From Azolla caroliniana (Eukaryota > Plantae > Polypodiophyta), in assembly GCA_043228905.1 (NCBI GenBank), contig JBHGNT010000186.1:1-56952 (forward strand): 56,952 nucleotides of DNA, read 5' to 3'. This document shows, piece by piece, positions 39,901 through 53,247 of this stretch (position 1 is its first letter; each line of letters starts with the position of its first letter). Under the pieces are notes generated by a model, which saw only the letters and a program-made list of their open reading frames with translations, was not told the origin of the DNA and did not search any database. A program made the translations under genes and the position numbers.

Positions 39901-42900
39901 AACATGCGAATCGAAACTAACAAGGCTAGCTATGATATAGAATTAAAAAATCGAGATTTTGAAACTCAGGTCGAGAGACATGAAGAAATTAGCATATTTG
40001 AGGAGGGAGTTGAGAAGAGCGTGTGTGTAAATTAAAATGGTCATACCTGGCTCGTGTGATATCGGATTTCTGTGTTCAAACATGCGAATCGAAGCTAACA
40101 AGGCTAGCTATGATATAGAATTAAAAAATCGAGATTTTGAAACTTAGGTCGAGAGACATGAAGAAATTAGCATATTTGAGGAGGGAGTTGAGAAGAGCGT
40201 GTGAGTAAATTAAAATGGTCATACCTGGCTCGTGTGATATCGGATTTCTGTGTTCAAACATGCGAATCGAAACTAACAAGGCTAGCTATGATATAGAATA
40301 AAAAAATCGAGATTTTGAAACTCAGGTCGAGAGACATGAAGAAATTAGCATATTTGAGGAGGGAGTTGAGAAGAGCCAGTGAGTAAATTAAAATGGTCAT
40401 ACCTGGCTCGTGTGATATCGGATTTCTGTGTTCAAACATGCGAATCGAAACTAACAAGGCTAGCTATGATATAGAATTAAAAAATCAAGATTTTGAAACT
40501 GACGTCGAAAGACATGAGGAAATTAGCATATTGGAGGAGGGAGTTGAGAAGAGCGAGTGAGTAAATTAAAATGGTCATACCTGGCTCGTGTGATATCGGA
40601 TTTCTGTGTTCAAACATGCGAATCGAAGCTAACAAGGCTAGTTATGATATAGTATTAAAAAATCAAGATTTTGAAACTCAGGTCGAGAGACATGAAGAAA
40701 TTAGCATATTTGAGGAGGGAGTTGAGAAGAGCGTGTGAGTAAATTAAAATGGTCATACCTGGCTCGTGTGATATCGGATTTCTGTGTTCAAACATGCGAA
40801 TCGAAACTAACAAGGCTAGCTATGATATAGAATAAAAAAATCGAGATTTTGAAACTCAGGTCGAGAGACATGAAGAAATTAGCATATTTGAGGAGGGAGT
40901 TGAGAAGAGCCAGTGAGTAAATTAAAATGGTCATACCTGGCTCGTGTGATATCGGATTTCTGTGTTCAAACATGCGAATCGAAACTAACAAGGCTAGCTA
41001 TGATATAGAATTAAAAAATCGTGATTTTGAAACTCAGGTCGAGAGACATGAGGAAATTAGCATATTTGAGGAGGGAGTTGAGAAGAGCGAGTGAGTAAAT
41101 TAAAATGGTCATACCTGGCTCGTGTGATATCGGATTTCTGTGTTCAAACATGCAAATCGAAGCTAACAAGGATAGCTATGATATAAAATTAAAAAATCAA
41201 GTTTTTGAAACTGACGTCGAAAGACATGAAGAAATTAGCATGTTGGAGGAAGGAGTTGAGAAGAGCGAGTGAGTAAATTAAAATGGTCATACCTGGCTCG
41301 TGTGATATCGGATTTCTGTGTTCAAACATGCGAATCAAAACTAACAAGGCTAGCTATGATATAGAATTAAAAAATCGAGATTTTGAAACTCAGGTCGAGA
41401 GACATGAGGAAATTAGCATATTTGAGGAGGGAGTTGAGAAGAGCCAGTGAGTAAATTAAAATGGTCATACCTGGCTCGTGTGATATCGGATTTCTGTGTT
41501 CAAACATGCGAATCGAAGCTAACAAGGCTAGCTATGATATAGAATTAAAAAATCGAGATTTTGAAACTTAGGTCGAGAGACATGAAGAAATTAGCATATT
41601 TGAGGAGGGAGTTGAGAAGAGCGTGTGTGTAAATTAAAATGGTCATAGCTGGCTCGTGTGATATCGGATTTCTGTGTTCAAACATGCGAATCGAAGCTAA
41701 CAAGGCTAGTTATGATATAGTATTAAAAAATCAAGATTTTGAAACTCAGGTCGAGAGACATGAAGAAATTAGCATATTTGAGGAGGGAGTTGAGAAGAGC
41801 GTGTGAGTAAATTAAAATGGTCATACCTGGCTCGTGTGATATCGGATTTCTGTGTTCAAACATGCGAATCGAAACTAACAAGGCTAGCTATGATATAGAA
41901 TAAAAAAATCGAGATTTTGAAACTCAGGTCGAGAGACATGAAGAAATTAGCATATTTGAGGAGGGAGTTGAGAAGAGCGTGTGAGTAAATTAAAATGGTC
42001 ATACCTGGCTCGTGTGATATCGGATTTCTGTGTTCAAACATGCGAATCGAAACTAACAAGGCTAGCTATGATATAGAATTAAAAAATCGTGATTTTGAAA
42101 CTCAGGTCGAGAGACATGAGGAAATTAGCATATTTGAGGAGGGAGTTGAGAAGAGCGAGTGAGTAAATTAAAATGGTCATACCTGGCTCGTGTGATATCG
42201 GATTTCTGTGTTCAAACATGCAAATCGAAGCTAACAAGGATAGCTATGATATAAAATTAAAAAATCAAGTTTTTGAAACTGACGTCGAAAGACATGAAGA
42301 AATTAGCATGTTGGAGGAAGGAGTTGAGAAGAGCGAGTGAGTAAATTAAAATGGTCATACCTGGCTCGTGTGATATCGGATTTCTGTGTTCAAACATGCG
42401 AATCAAAACTAACAAGGCTAGCTATGATATAGAATTAAAAAATCGAGATTTTGAAACTCAGGTCGAGAGACATGAGGAAATTAGCATATTTGAGGAGGGA
42501 GTTGAGAAGAGCCAGTGAGTAAATTAAAATGGTCATACCTGGCTCGTGTGATATCGGATTTCTGTGTTCAAACATGCGAATCGAAGCTAACAAGGCTAGC
42601 TATGATATAGAATTAAAAAATCGAGATTTTGAAACTCAGGTCGAGAGACATGAAAAAATTAGCATATTTGAGGAGGGAGTTGAGAAGAGCGTGTGAGTAA
42701 ATTAAAATGGTCATACCTGGCTCGTGTGATATCGGATTTCTGTGTTCAAACATGCGAATCGAAACTAACAAGGCTTGCTATGATATAGAATTAAAAAATC
42801 AAGATTTTGAAACTGACGTCGAAAGACATGAGGAAATTAGCATGTTGGAGGAGGGAGTTGAGAAGAGCGAGTGAGTAAATTAAAATGGTCATACCTGGCT

Positions 42901-45900
42901 CGTGTGATATCGGATTTCTGTGTTCAAACATGCGAATCGAAGCTAACAAGGCTAGCTATGATATAGAATTAAAAAATCGAGATGTTGAAACTCAGGTCGA
43001 GAGACATGAAGAAATTAGCATATTTGAGGAGGGAGTTGAGAAGAGCGTGTGTGTAAATTAAAATGGTCATACCTGGCTCGTGTGATATCGGATTTCTGTG
43101 TTCAAACATGCGAATCGAAGCTAACAAGGCTAGCTATGATATAGAATTAAAAAATCGAGATTTTGAAACTCAGGTCGAGAGACATGAAGAAATTAGCATA
43201 TTTGAGGAGGGAGTTGAGAAGAGCGTGTGAGTAAATTAAAATGGTCATACCTGGCTCGTGTGATATCGGATTTCTGTGTTCAAACATGCGAATCAAAACT
43301 AACAAGGCTAGCTATGATATAGACTTAAAAAATCGTGATTTCGAAACTGACGTCGAAAGACATGAGGAAATTAGCATGCTGGAGGAGGGAGTTGAGAAGA
43401 GCGAGTGAGTAAATTAAAATGGTCATACCTGGCTCGTGTGATATCGGATTTCTGTGTTCAAACATGCGAATCGAAGCTAACAAGGCTAGCTATGATATAG
43501 AATTAAAAAATCGAGATTTTGAAACTCAGGTGAGAGACATGAGGAAATTAGCATATTTGATGAGGGAGTTGAGAAGAGTCAGTGAGTAAATTAAAATGGT
43601 CATACCTGGCTCGTGTGATATCGGATTTCTGTGTTCAAACATGCAAATCGAAGCTAACAAGGCTAGCTATGATATAGAATTAAAAAATCGAGATTTTGAA
43701 ACTCAGGTCGAGAGACATGAAGAAATTAGCATATTTGAGGAGGGAGTTGAGAAGAGCGAGTGAGTAAATTAAAATGGTCATACCTGGCTCGTGTGATATC
43801 GGATTTCTGTGTTCAAACATGCGAATCGAAACTAACAAGGCTAGCTATGATATAGAATTAAAAAATCAAGATTTTGAAACTCAGGTCGAGAGACATGAGG
43901 AAATTAGCATATTTGAGGAGGGAGTTGAGAAGAGTCAGTGAGTAAATTAAAATGGTCATACCTGGCTCGTGTGATATCGGATTTCTGTGTTCAAACATGC
44001 AAATCGAAGCTAACAAGGCTAGCTATGATATAGAATTAAAAAATCGAGATTTTGAAACTCAGGTCGAGAGACATCAAGAAATTAGCATATTTGAGGAGGG
44101 AGTTGAGAAGAGCGTGTGTGTAAATTAAAATGGTCATACCTGGCTCGTGTGATATCGGATTTCTGTGTTCAAACATGCGAATCGAAGCTAACAAGGCTAG
44201 CTATGATATAGAATTAAAAAATCGAGATTTTGAAACTTAGGTCGAGAGACATGAAGAAATTAGCATATTTGAGGAGGGAGTTGAGAAGAGCGTGTGAGTA
44301 AATTAAAATGGTCATACCTGGCTCGTGTGATATCGGATTTCTGTGTTCAAACATGCAAATCGAAGCTAACAAGGATAGCTATGATATAAAATTAAAAAAT
44401 CAAGTTTTTGAAACTGACGTCGAAAGACATGAAGAAATTAGCATGTTGGAGGAAGGAGTTGAGAAGAGCGAGTGAGTAAATTAAAATGGTCATACCTGGC
44501 TCGTGTGATATCGGATTTCTGTGTTCAAACATGCGAATCAAAACTAACAAGGCTAGCTATGATATAGAATTAAAAAATCGAGATTTTGAAACTCAGGTCA
44601 AGAGACATGAAGAAATTAGCATATTTGAGGAGGGAGTTGAGAAGAGCTAGTGAGTAAATTAAAATGGTCATACCTGGCTCGTGTGATATCGGATTTCTGT
44701 GTTCAAACATGCAAATCGAAGCTAACAAGGCTAGCTATGATATAGAATTAAAAAATCGAGATTTTGAAACTCAGGTCAAGAGACATGAAGAAATTAGCAT
44801 ATTTGAGGAGGGAGTTGAGAAGAGCGTGTGAGTAAATTAAAATGGTCATACCTGGCTCGTGTGATATCGGATTTCTGTGTTCAAACATGCAAATCGAAGC
44901 TAACAAGGCTAGTTATGATATAGTATTAAAAAATCAAGATTTTGAAACTCAGGTCGAGAGACATGAAGAAATTAGCATATTTGAGGAGGGAGTTGAGAAG
45001 AGCGTGTGAGTAAATTAAAATGGTCATACCTGGCTCGTGTGATATCGGATTTCTGTGTTCAAACATGCGAATCGAAACTAACAAGGCTAGCTATGATATA
45101 GAATTAAAAAATCGAGATTTTGAAACTCAGGTCGAGAGAATTGAGGAAATTAGCATATTTGAGGAGGGAGTTGAGAAGAGCTAGTGAGTAAATTAAAATG
45201 GTCATACCTGGCTCGTGTGATATCGGATTTCTGTGTTCAAACATGCAAATCGAAGCTAACAAGGCTAGCTATGATATAGAATTAAAAAATCGAGATTTTG
45301 AAACTCAGGTCAAGAGACATGAAGAAATTAGCATATTTGAGGAGGGAGTTGAGAAGAGCGTGTGAGTAAATTAAAATGGTCATACCTGGCTCGTGTGATA
45401 TCGGATTTCTGTGTTCAAACATGCAAATCGAAGCTAACAAGGCTAGTTATGATATAGTATTAAAAAATCAAGATTTTGAAACTCAGGTCGAGAGACATGA
45501 AGAAATTAGCATATTTGAGGAGGGAGTTGAGAAGAGCGTGTGAGTAAATTAAAATGGTCATACCTGGCTCGTGTGATATCGGATTTCTGTGTTCAAACAT
45601 GCGAATCGAAACTAACAAGGCTAGCTATGATATAGAATAAAAAAATCGAGATTTTGAAACTCAGGTCGAGAGACATGAAGAAATTAGCATATTTGAGGAG
45701 GGAGTTGAGAAGAGCCAGTGAGTAAATTAAAATGGTCATACCTGGCTCGTGTGATATCGGATTTCTGTGTTCAAACATGCGAATCGAAACTAACAAGGCT
45801 AGCTATGATATAGAATTAAAAAATCGTGATTTTGAAACTCAGGTCGAGAGACATGAGGAAATTAGCATATTTGAGGAGGGAGTTGAGAAGAGCCAGTGAG

Positions 45901-48900
45901 TAAATTAAAATGGTCATACCTGGCTCGTGTGATATCGGATTTCTGTGTTCAAACATGCAAATCGAAGCTAACAAGGCTAGCTATGATATAGAATTAAAAA
46001 ATCGAGATTTTGAAACTCAGGTCAAGAGACATGAAGAAATTAGCATATTTGAGGAGGGAGTTGAGAAGAGCGTGTGAGTAAATTAAAATGGTCATACCTG
46101 GCTCGTGTGATATCGTATTTCTGTGTTCAAACATGCAAATCGAAGCTAACAAGGCTAGTTATGATATAGTATTAAAAAATCAAGATTTTTAAACTCAGGT
46201 CGAGAGACATGAAGAAATTAGCATATTTGAGGAGGGAGTTGAGAAGAGCGAGTGAGTAAATTAAAATGGTCATACCTGGCTCGTGTGATATCGGATTTCT
46301 GTGTTCAAACATGCGAATCGAAGCTAACAAGGCTAGTTATGATATAGTATTAAAAAATCAAGATTTTGAAACTCAGGTCGAGAGACATGAAGAAATTAGC
46401 ATATTTGAGGAGGGAGTTGAGAAGAGCGTGTGAGTAAATTAAAATGGTCATACCTGGCTCGTGTGATATCGGATTTCTGTGTTCAAACATGCGAATCGAA
46501 ACTAACAAGGCTAGCTATGATATAGAATAAAAAAATCGAGATTTTGAAACTCAGGTCGAGAGACATGAAGAAATTAGCATATTTGAGGAGGGAGTTGAGA
46601 AGAGCCAGTGAGTAAATTAAAAGGGTCATACCTGGCTCGTGTGATATCGGATTTCTGTGTTCAAACATGCGAATCGAAGCTAACAAGGATAGCTATGATA
46701 TAAAATTAAAAAATCAAGTTTTTGAAACTGACGTCGAAAGACATGAAGAAATTAGCATGTTGGAGGAAGGAGTTGAGAAGAGCGAGTGAGTAAATTAAAA
46801 TGGTCATACCTGGCTCGTGTGATATCGGATTTCTGTGTTCAAACATGCGAATCAAAACTAACAAGGCTAGCTATGATATAGAATTAAAAAATCGAGATTT
46901 TGAAACTCAGGTCGAGAGACATGAGGAAATTAGCATATTTGAGGAGGGAGTTGAGAAGAGCCAGTGAGTAAATTAAAATGGTCATACCTGGCTCGTGTGA
47001 TATCGGATTTCTGTTTTCAAACATGCGAATCGAATCTAACAAGGCTAGCTATGATATAGAATTAAAAAATCGTGATTTTGAAACTCAGGTCGAGAGACAT
47101 GAGGAAATTAGCATATTTGAGGAGGGAGTTGAGAAGAGCCAGTGAGTAAATTAAAATGGTCATACCTGGCTCGTGTGATATCGGATTTCTGTGTTCAAAC
47201 ATGCGAATCGAAGCTAACAAGGCTAGCTATGATATAGAATTAAAAAATCGAGATTTTGAAACTCAGGTCGAGAGACATGAAGAAATTAGCATATTTGAGG
47301 AGGGAGTTGAGAAGAGCGTGTGTGTAAATTAAAATGGTCATAGCTGGCTCGTGTGATATCGGATTTCTGTGTTCAAACATGCGAATCGAAGCTAACAAGG
47401 CTAGCTATGATATAGAATTAAAAAATCGAGATTTTGAAACTTAGGTCGAGAGACATGAAGAAATTAGCATATTTGAGGAGGGAGTTGAGAAGAGCGTGTG
47501 AGTAAATTAAAATGGTCATACCTGGCTCGTGTGATATCGGATTTCTGTGTTCAAACATGCGAATCGAAACTAACAAGGCTAGCTATGATATAGAATTAAA
47601 AAATCGAGATTTTGAAACTCAGGTCGAGAGACATGAAGAAATTAGCATATTTGAGGAGGGAGTTGAGAAGAGCGTGTGTGTAAATTAAAATTGTCATACC
47701 TGGCTCGTGTGATATCGGATTTCTGTGTTCAAACATGCGAATCGAAGCTAACAAGGCTAGCTATGATATAGAATTAAAAAATCGAGATTTTGAAACTTAG
47801 GTCGAGAGACATGAAGAAATTAGCATATTTGAGGAGGGAGTTGAGAAGAGCGTGTGAGTAAATTAAAATGGTCATACCTGGCTCGTGTGATATCGGATTT
47901 CTGTGTTCAAACATGCGAATCGAAACTAACAAGGCTAGCTATGATATAGAATAAAAAAATCGAGATTTTGAAACTCAGGTCGAGAGACATGAAGAAATTA
48001 GCATATTTGAGGAGGGAGTTGAGAAGAGCCAGTGAGTAAATTAAAATGGTCATACCTGGCTCGTGTGATATCGGATTTCTGTGTTCAAACATGCGAATCG
48101 AAACTAACAAGGCTAGCTATGATATAGAATTAAAAAATCAAGATTTTGAAACTGACGTCGAAAGACATGAGGAAATTAGCATATTGGAGGAGGGAGTTGA
48201 GAAGAGCGAGTGAGTAAATTAAAATGGTCATACCTGGCTCGTGTGATATCGGATTTCTGTGTTCAAACATGCGAATCGAAGCTAACAAGGCTAGTTATGA
48301 TATAGTATTAAAAAATCAAGATTTTGAAACTCAGGTCGAGAGACATGAAGAAATTAGCATATTTGAGGAGGGAGTTGAGAAGAGCGTGTGAGTAAATTAA
48401 AATGGTCATACCTGGCTCGTGTGATATCGGATTTCTGTGTTCAAACATGCGAATCGAAACTAACAAGGCTAGCTATGATATAGAATAAAAAAATCGAGAT
48501 TTTGAAACTCAGGTCGAGAGACATGAAGAAATTAGCATATTTGAGGAGGGAGTTGAGAAGAGCCAGTGAGTAAATTAAAATGGTCATACCTGGCTCGTGT
48601 GATATCGGATTTCTGTGTTCAAACATGCGAATCGAAACTAACAAGGCTAGCTATGATATAGAATTAAAAAATCGTGATTTTGAAACTCAGGTCGAGAGAC
48701 ATGAGGAAATTAGCATATTTGAGGAGGGAGTTGAGAAGAGCGAGTGAGTAAATTAAAATGGTCATACCTGGCTCGTGTGATATCGGATTTCTGTGTTCAA
48801 ACATGCAAATCGAAGCTAACAAGGATAGCTATGATATAAAATTAAAAAATCAAGTTTTTGAAACTGACGTCGAAAGACATGAAGAAATTAGCATGTTGGA

Positions 48901-51900
48901 GGAAGGAGTTGAGAAGAGCGAGTGAGTAAATTAAAATGGTCATACCTGGCTCGTGTGATATCGGATTTCTGTGTTCAAACATGCGAATCAAAACTAACAA
49001 GGCTAGCTATGATATAGAATTAAAAAATCGAGATTTTGAAACTCAGGTCGAGAGACATGAGGAAATTAGCATATTTGAGGAGGGAGTTGAGAAGAGCCAG
49101 TGAGTAAATTAAAATGGTCATACCTGGCTCGTGTGATATCGGATTTCTGTGTTCAAACATGCGAATCGAAGCTAACAAGGCTAGCTATGATATAGAATTA
49201 AAAAATCGAGATTTTGAAACTTAGGTCGAGAGACATGAAGAAATTAGCATATTTGAGGAGGGAGTTGAGAAGAGCGTGTGTGTAAATTAAAATGGTCATA
49301 GCTGGCTCGTGTGATATCGGATTTCTGTGTTCAAACATGCGAATCGAAGCTAACAAGGCTAGTTATGATATAGTATTAAAAAATCAAGATTTTGAAACTC
49401 AGGTCGAGAGACATGAAGAAATTAGCATATTTGAGGAGGGAGTTGAGAAGAGCGTGTGAGTAAATTAAAATGGTCATACCTGGCTCGTGTGATATCGGAT
49501 TTCTGTGTTCAAACATGCGAATCGAAACTAACAAGGCTAGCTATGATATAGAATAAAAAAATCGAGATTTTGAAACTCAGGTCGAGAGACATGAAGAAAT
49601 TAGCATATTTGAGGAGGGAGTTGAGAAGAGCGTGTGAGTAAATTAAAATGGTCATACCTGGCTCGTGTGATATCGGATTTCTGTGTTCAAACATGCGAAT
49701 CGAAACTAACAAGGCTAGCTATGATATAGAATTAAAAAATCGTGATTTTGAAACTCAGGTCGAGAGACATGAGGAAATTAGCATATTTGAGGAGGGAGTT
49801 GAGAAGAGCGAGTGAGTAAATTAAAATGGTCATACCTGGCTCGTGTGATATCGGATTTCTGTGTTCAAACATGCAAATCGAAGCTAACAAGGATAGCTAT
49901 GATATAAAATTAAAAAATCAAGTTTTTGAAACTGACGTCGAAAGACATGAAGAAATTAGCATGTTGGAGGAAGGAGTTGAGAAGAGCGAGTGAGTAAATT
50001 AAAATGGTCATACCTGGCTCGTGTGATATCGGATTTCTGTGTTCAAACATGCGAATCAAAACTAACAAGGCTAGCTATGATATAGAATTAAAAAATCGAG
50101 ATTTTGAAACTCAGGTCGAGAGACATGAGGAAATTAGCATATTTGAGGAGGGAGTTGAGAAGAGTCAGTGAGTAAATTAAAATGGTCATACCTGGCTCGT
50201 GTGATATCGGATTTCTGTGTTCAAACATGCGAATCGAAGCTAACAAGGCTAGCTATGATATAGAATTAAAAAATCGAGATTTTGAAACTCAGGTCGAGAG
50301 ACATGAAAAAATTAGCATATTTGAGGAGGGAGTTGAGAAGAGCGTGTGAGTAAATTAAAATGGTCATACCTGGCTCGTGTGATATCGGATTTCTGTGTTC
50401 AAACATGCGAATCGAAACTAACAAGGCTTGCTATGATATAGAATTAAAAAATCAAGATTTTGAAACTGACGTCGAAAGACATGAGGAAATTAGCATGTTG
50501 GAGGAGGGAGTTGAGAAGAGCGAGTGAGTAAATTAAAATGGTCATACCTGGCTCGTGTGATATCGGATTTCTGTGTTCAAACATGCGAATCGAAGCTAAC
50601 AAGGCTAGCTATGATATAGAATTAAAAAATCGAGATGTTGAAACTCAGGTCGAGAGACATGAAGAAATTAGCATATTTGAGGAGGGAGTTGAGAAGAGCG
50701 TGTGTGTAAATTAAAATGGTCATACCTGGCTCGTGTGATATCGGATTTCTGTGTTCAAACATGCGAATCGAAGCTAACAAGGCTAGCTATGATATAGAAT
50801 TAAAAAATCGAGATTTTGAAACTCAGGTCGAGAGACATGAAGAAATTAGCATATTTGAGGAGGGAGTTGAGAAGAGCGTGTGAGTAAATTAAAATGGTCA
50901 TACCTGGCTCGTGTGATATCGGATTTCTGTGTTCAAACATGCGAATCGAAACTAACAAGGCTAGCTATGATATAGACTTAAAAAATCGTGATTTCGAAAC
51001 TGACGTCGAAAGACATGAGGAAATTAGCATGCTGGAGGAGGGAGTTGAGAAGAGCGAGTGAGTAAATTAAAATGGTCATACCTGGCTCGTGTGATATCGG
51101 ATTTCTGTGTTCAAACATGCGAATCGAAGCTAACAAGGCTAGCTATGATATAGAATTAAAAAATCGAGATTTTGAAACTCAGGTGAGAGACATGAGGAAA
51201 TTAGCATATTTGATGAGGGAGTTGAGAAGAGTCAGTGAGTAAATTAAAATGGTCATACCTGGCTCGTGTGATATCGGATTTCTGTGTTCAAACATGCAAA
51301 TCGAAGCTAACAAGGCTAGCTATGATATAGAATTAAAAAATCGAGATTTTGAAACTCAGGTCGAGAGACATGAAGAAATTAGCATATTTGAGGAGGGAGT
51401 TGAGAAGAGCGAGTGAGTAAATTAAAATGGTCATACCTGGCTCGTGTGATATCGGATTTCTGTGTTCAAACATGCGAATCGAAACTAACAAGGCTAGCTA
51501 TGATATAGAATTAAAAAATCAAGATTTTGAAACTCAGGTCGAGAGACATGAGGAAATTAGCATATTTGAGGAGGGAGTTGAGAAGAGTCAGTGAGTAAAT
51601 TAAAATGGTCATACCTGGCTCGTGTGATATCGGATTTCTGTGTTCAAACATGCAAATCGAAGCTAACAAGGCTAGCTATGATATAGAATTAAAAAATCGA
51701 GATTTTGAAACTCAGGTCGAGAGACATCAAGAAATTAGCATATTTGAGGAGGGAGTTGAGAAGAGCGTGTGTGTAAATTAAAATGGTCATACCTGGCTCG
51801 TGTGATATCGGATTTCTGTGTTCAAACATGCGAATCGAAGCTAACAAGGCTAGCTATGATATAGAATTAAAAAATCGAGATTTTGAAACTTAGGTCGAGA

Positions 51901-52000
51901 GACATGAAGAAATTAGCATATTTGAGGAGGGAGTTGAGAAGAGCGTGTGAGTAAATTAAAATGGTCATACCTGGCTCGTGTGATATCGGATTTCTGTGTT
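36960..52000 (+). repeat. Near-tandem 43-monomer (7653-bp period) duplication: about 36960-44347 and about 44613-52000
   Basis: Five ORF-track pairs are offset by exactly 7653 (37940/45593, 38830/46483, 40254/47907, 40788/48441, 41856/49509). Rare variants recur at the same offset (ATCGTATTT, TTTTCAAAC..GAATCT, CATAGCTGG, GAGATGTTG). 7653 = 43x178-1. Confidence 0.92.
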
Positions 52001-53247
52001 AAAACATGCGAATCGAAACTAACAAGGCTAGCTATGATATAGACTTAGAAAATCGTGATTTCGAAACTGACGTCGAAAGACATGAGGAAATTAGCATGCT
52101 GGAGGAGGGAGTTGAGAAGAGCGAGTGAGTAAATTAAAATGGTCATACCTGGCTCGTGTGATATCGGATTTCTGTGTTCAAACATGCGAATCGAAACTAA
52201 CAAGGCTAGCTATGATATAGAATTAAAAACTCGAGATTTTGAAACTCAGGTCGAGAGACATGAGGAAATTAGCATATTTGAGGAGGGAGTTGAGAAGAGC
52301 CAGTGAGTAAATTAAAATGGTCATACCTGGCTCGTGTGATATCGGATTTCTGTGTTCAAACATGCAAATCGAAGCTAACAAGGATAGCTATGATATAAAA
52401 TTAAAAAATCAAGTTTTTGAAACTGACGTCGAAAGACATGAGGAAATTAGCATGCTGGAGGAGGGAGTTGAGAAGAGCGAGTGAGTAAATTAAAATGGTC
52501 ATACCTGGCTCGTGTGATATCGGATTTCTGTGTTCAAACATGCGAATCGAAACTAACAAGGCTAGCTATGATATAGAATTAAAAAATCGAGATTTTGAAA
52601 CTCAGGTCGAGAGAATTGAGGAAATTAGCATATTTGAGGAGGGAGTTGAGAAGAGCTAGTGAGTAAATTAAAATGCTCATACCTGGCTCGTGTGATATCG
52701 GATTTCTGTGTTCAAACATGCAAATCGAAGCTAACAAGGCTAGTTATGATATAGTATTAAAAAATCAAGATTTTGAAACTCAGGTCGAGAGACATGAAGA
52801 AATTAGCATATTTGAGGAGGGAGTTGAGAAGAGCGTGTGAGTAAATTAAAATGGTCATACCTGGCTCGTGTGATATCGGATTTCTGTGTTCAAACATGCG
52901 AATCGAAACTAACAAGGCTAGCTATGATATAGAATAAAAAAATCGAGATTTTGAAACTCAGGTCGAGAGACATGAAGAAATTAGCATATTTGAGGAGGGA
53001 GTTGAGAAGAGCCAGTGAGTAAATTAAAATGGTCATACCTGGCTCGTGTGATATCGGATTTCTGTGTTCAAACATGCGAATCGAAACTAACAAGGCTAGC
53101 TATGATATAGAATTAAAAAATCGTGATTTTGAAACTCAGGTCGAGAGACATGAGGAAATTAGCATATTTGAGGAGGGAGTTGAGAAGAGCCAGTGAGTAA
53201 ATTAAAATGGTCATACCTGGCTCGTGTGATATCGGATTTCTGTGTTC

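Noticed and set aside
3557-53093. 24 near-identical 67-aa minus-strand ORFs (ML[A/V]SI..SFDSHV)
   Set aside because: They appear only where the GAATTAAA>GAATAAAA variant removes a minus-strand TAA. They span about 1.15 monomers, begin at non-ATG codons and resemble no domain I know. They are useful only as variant markers.
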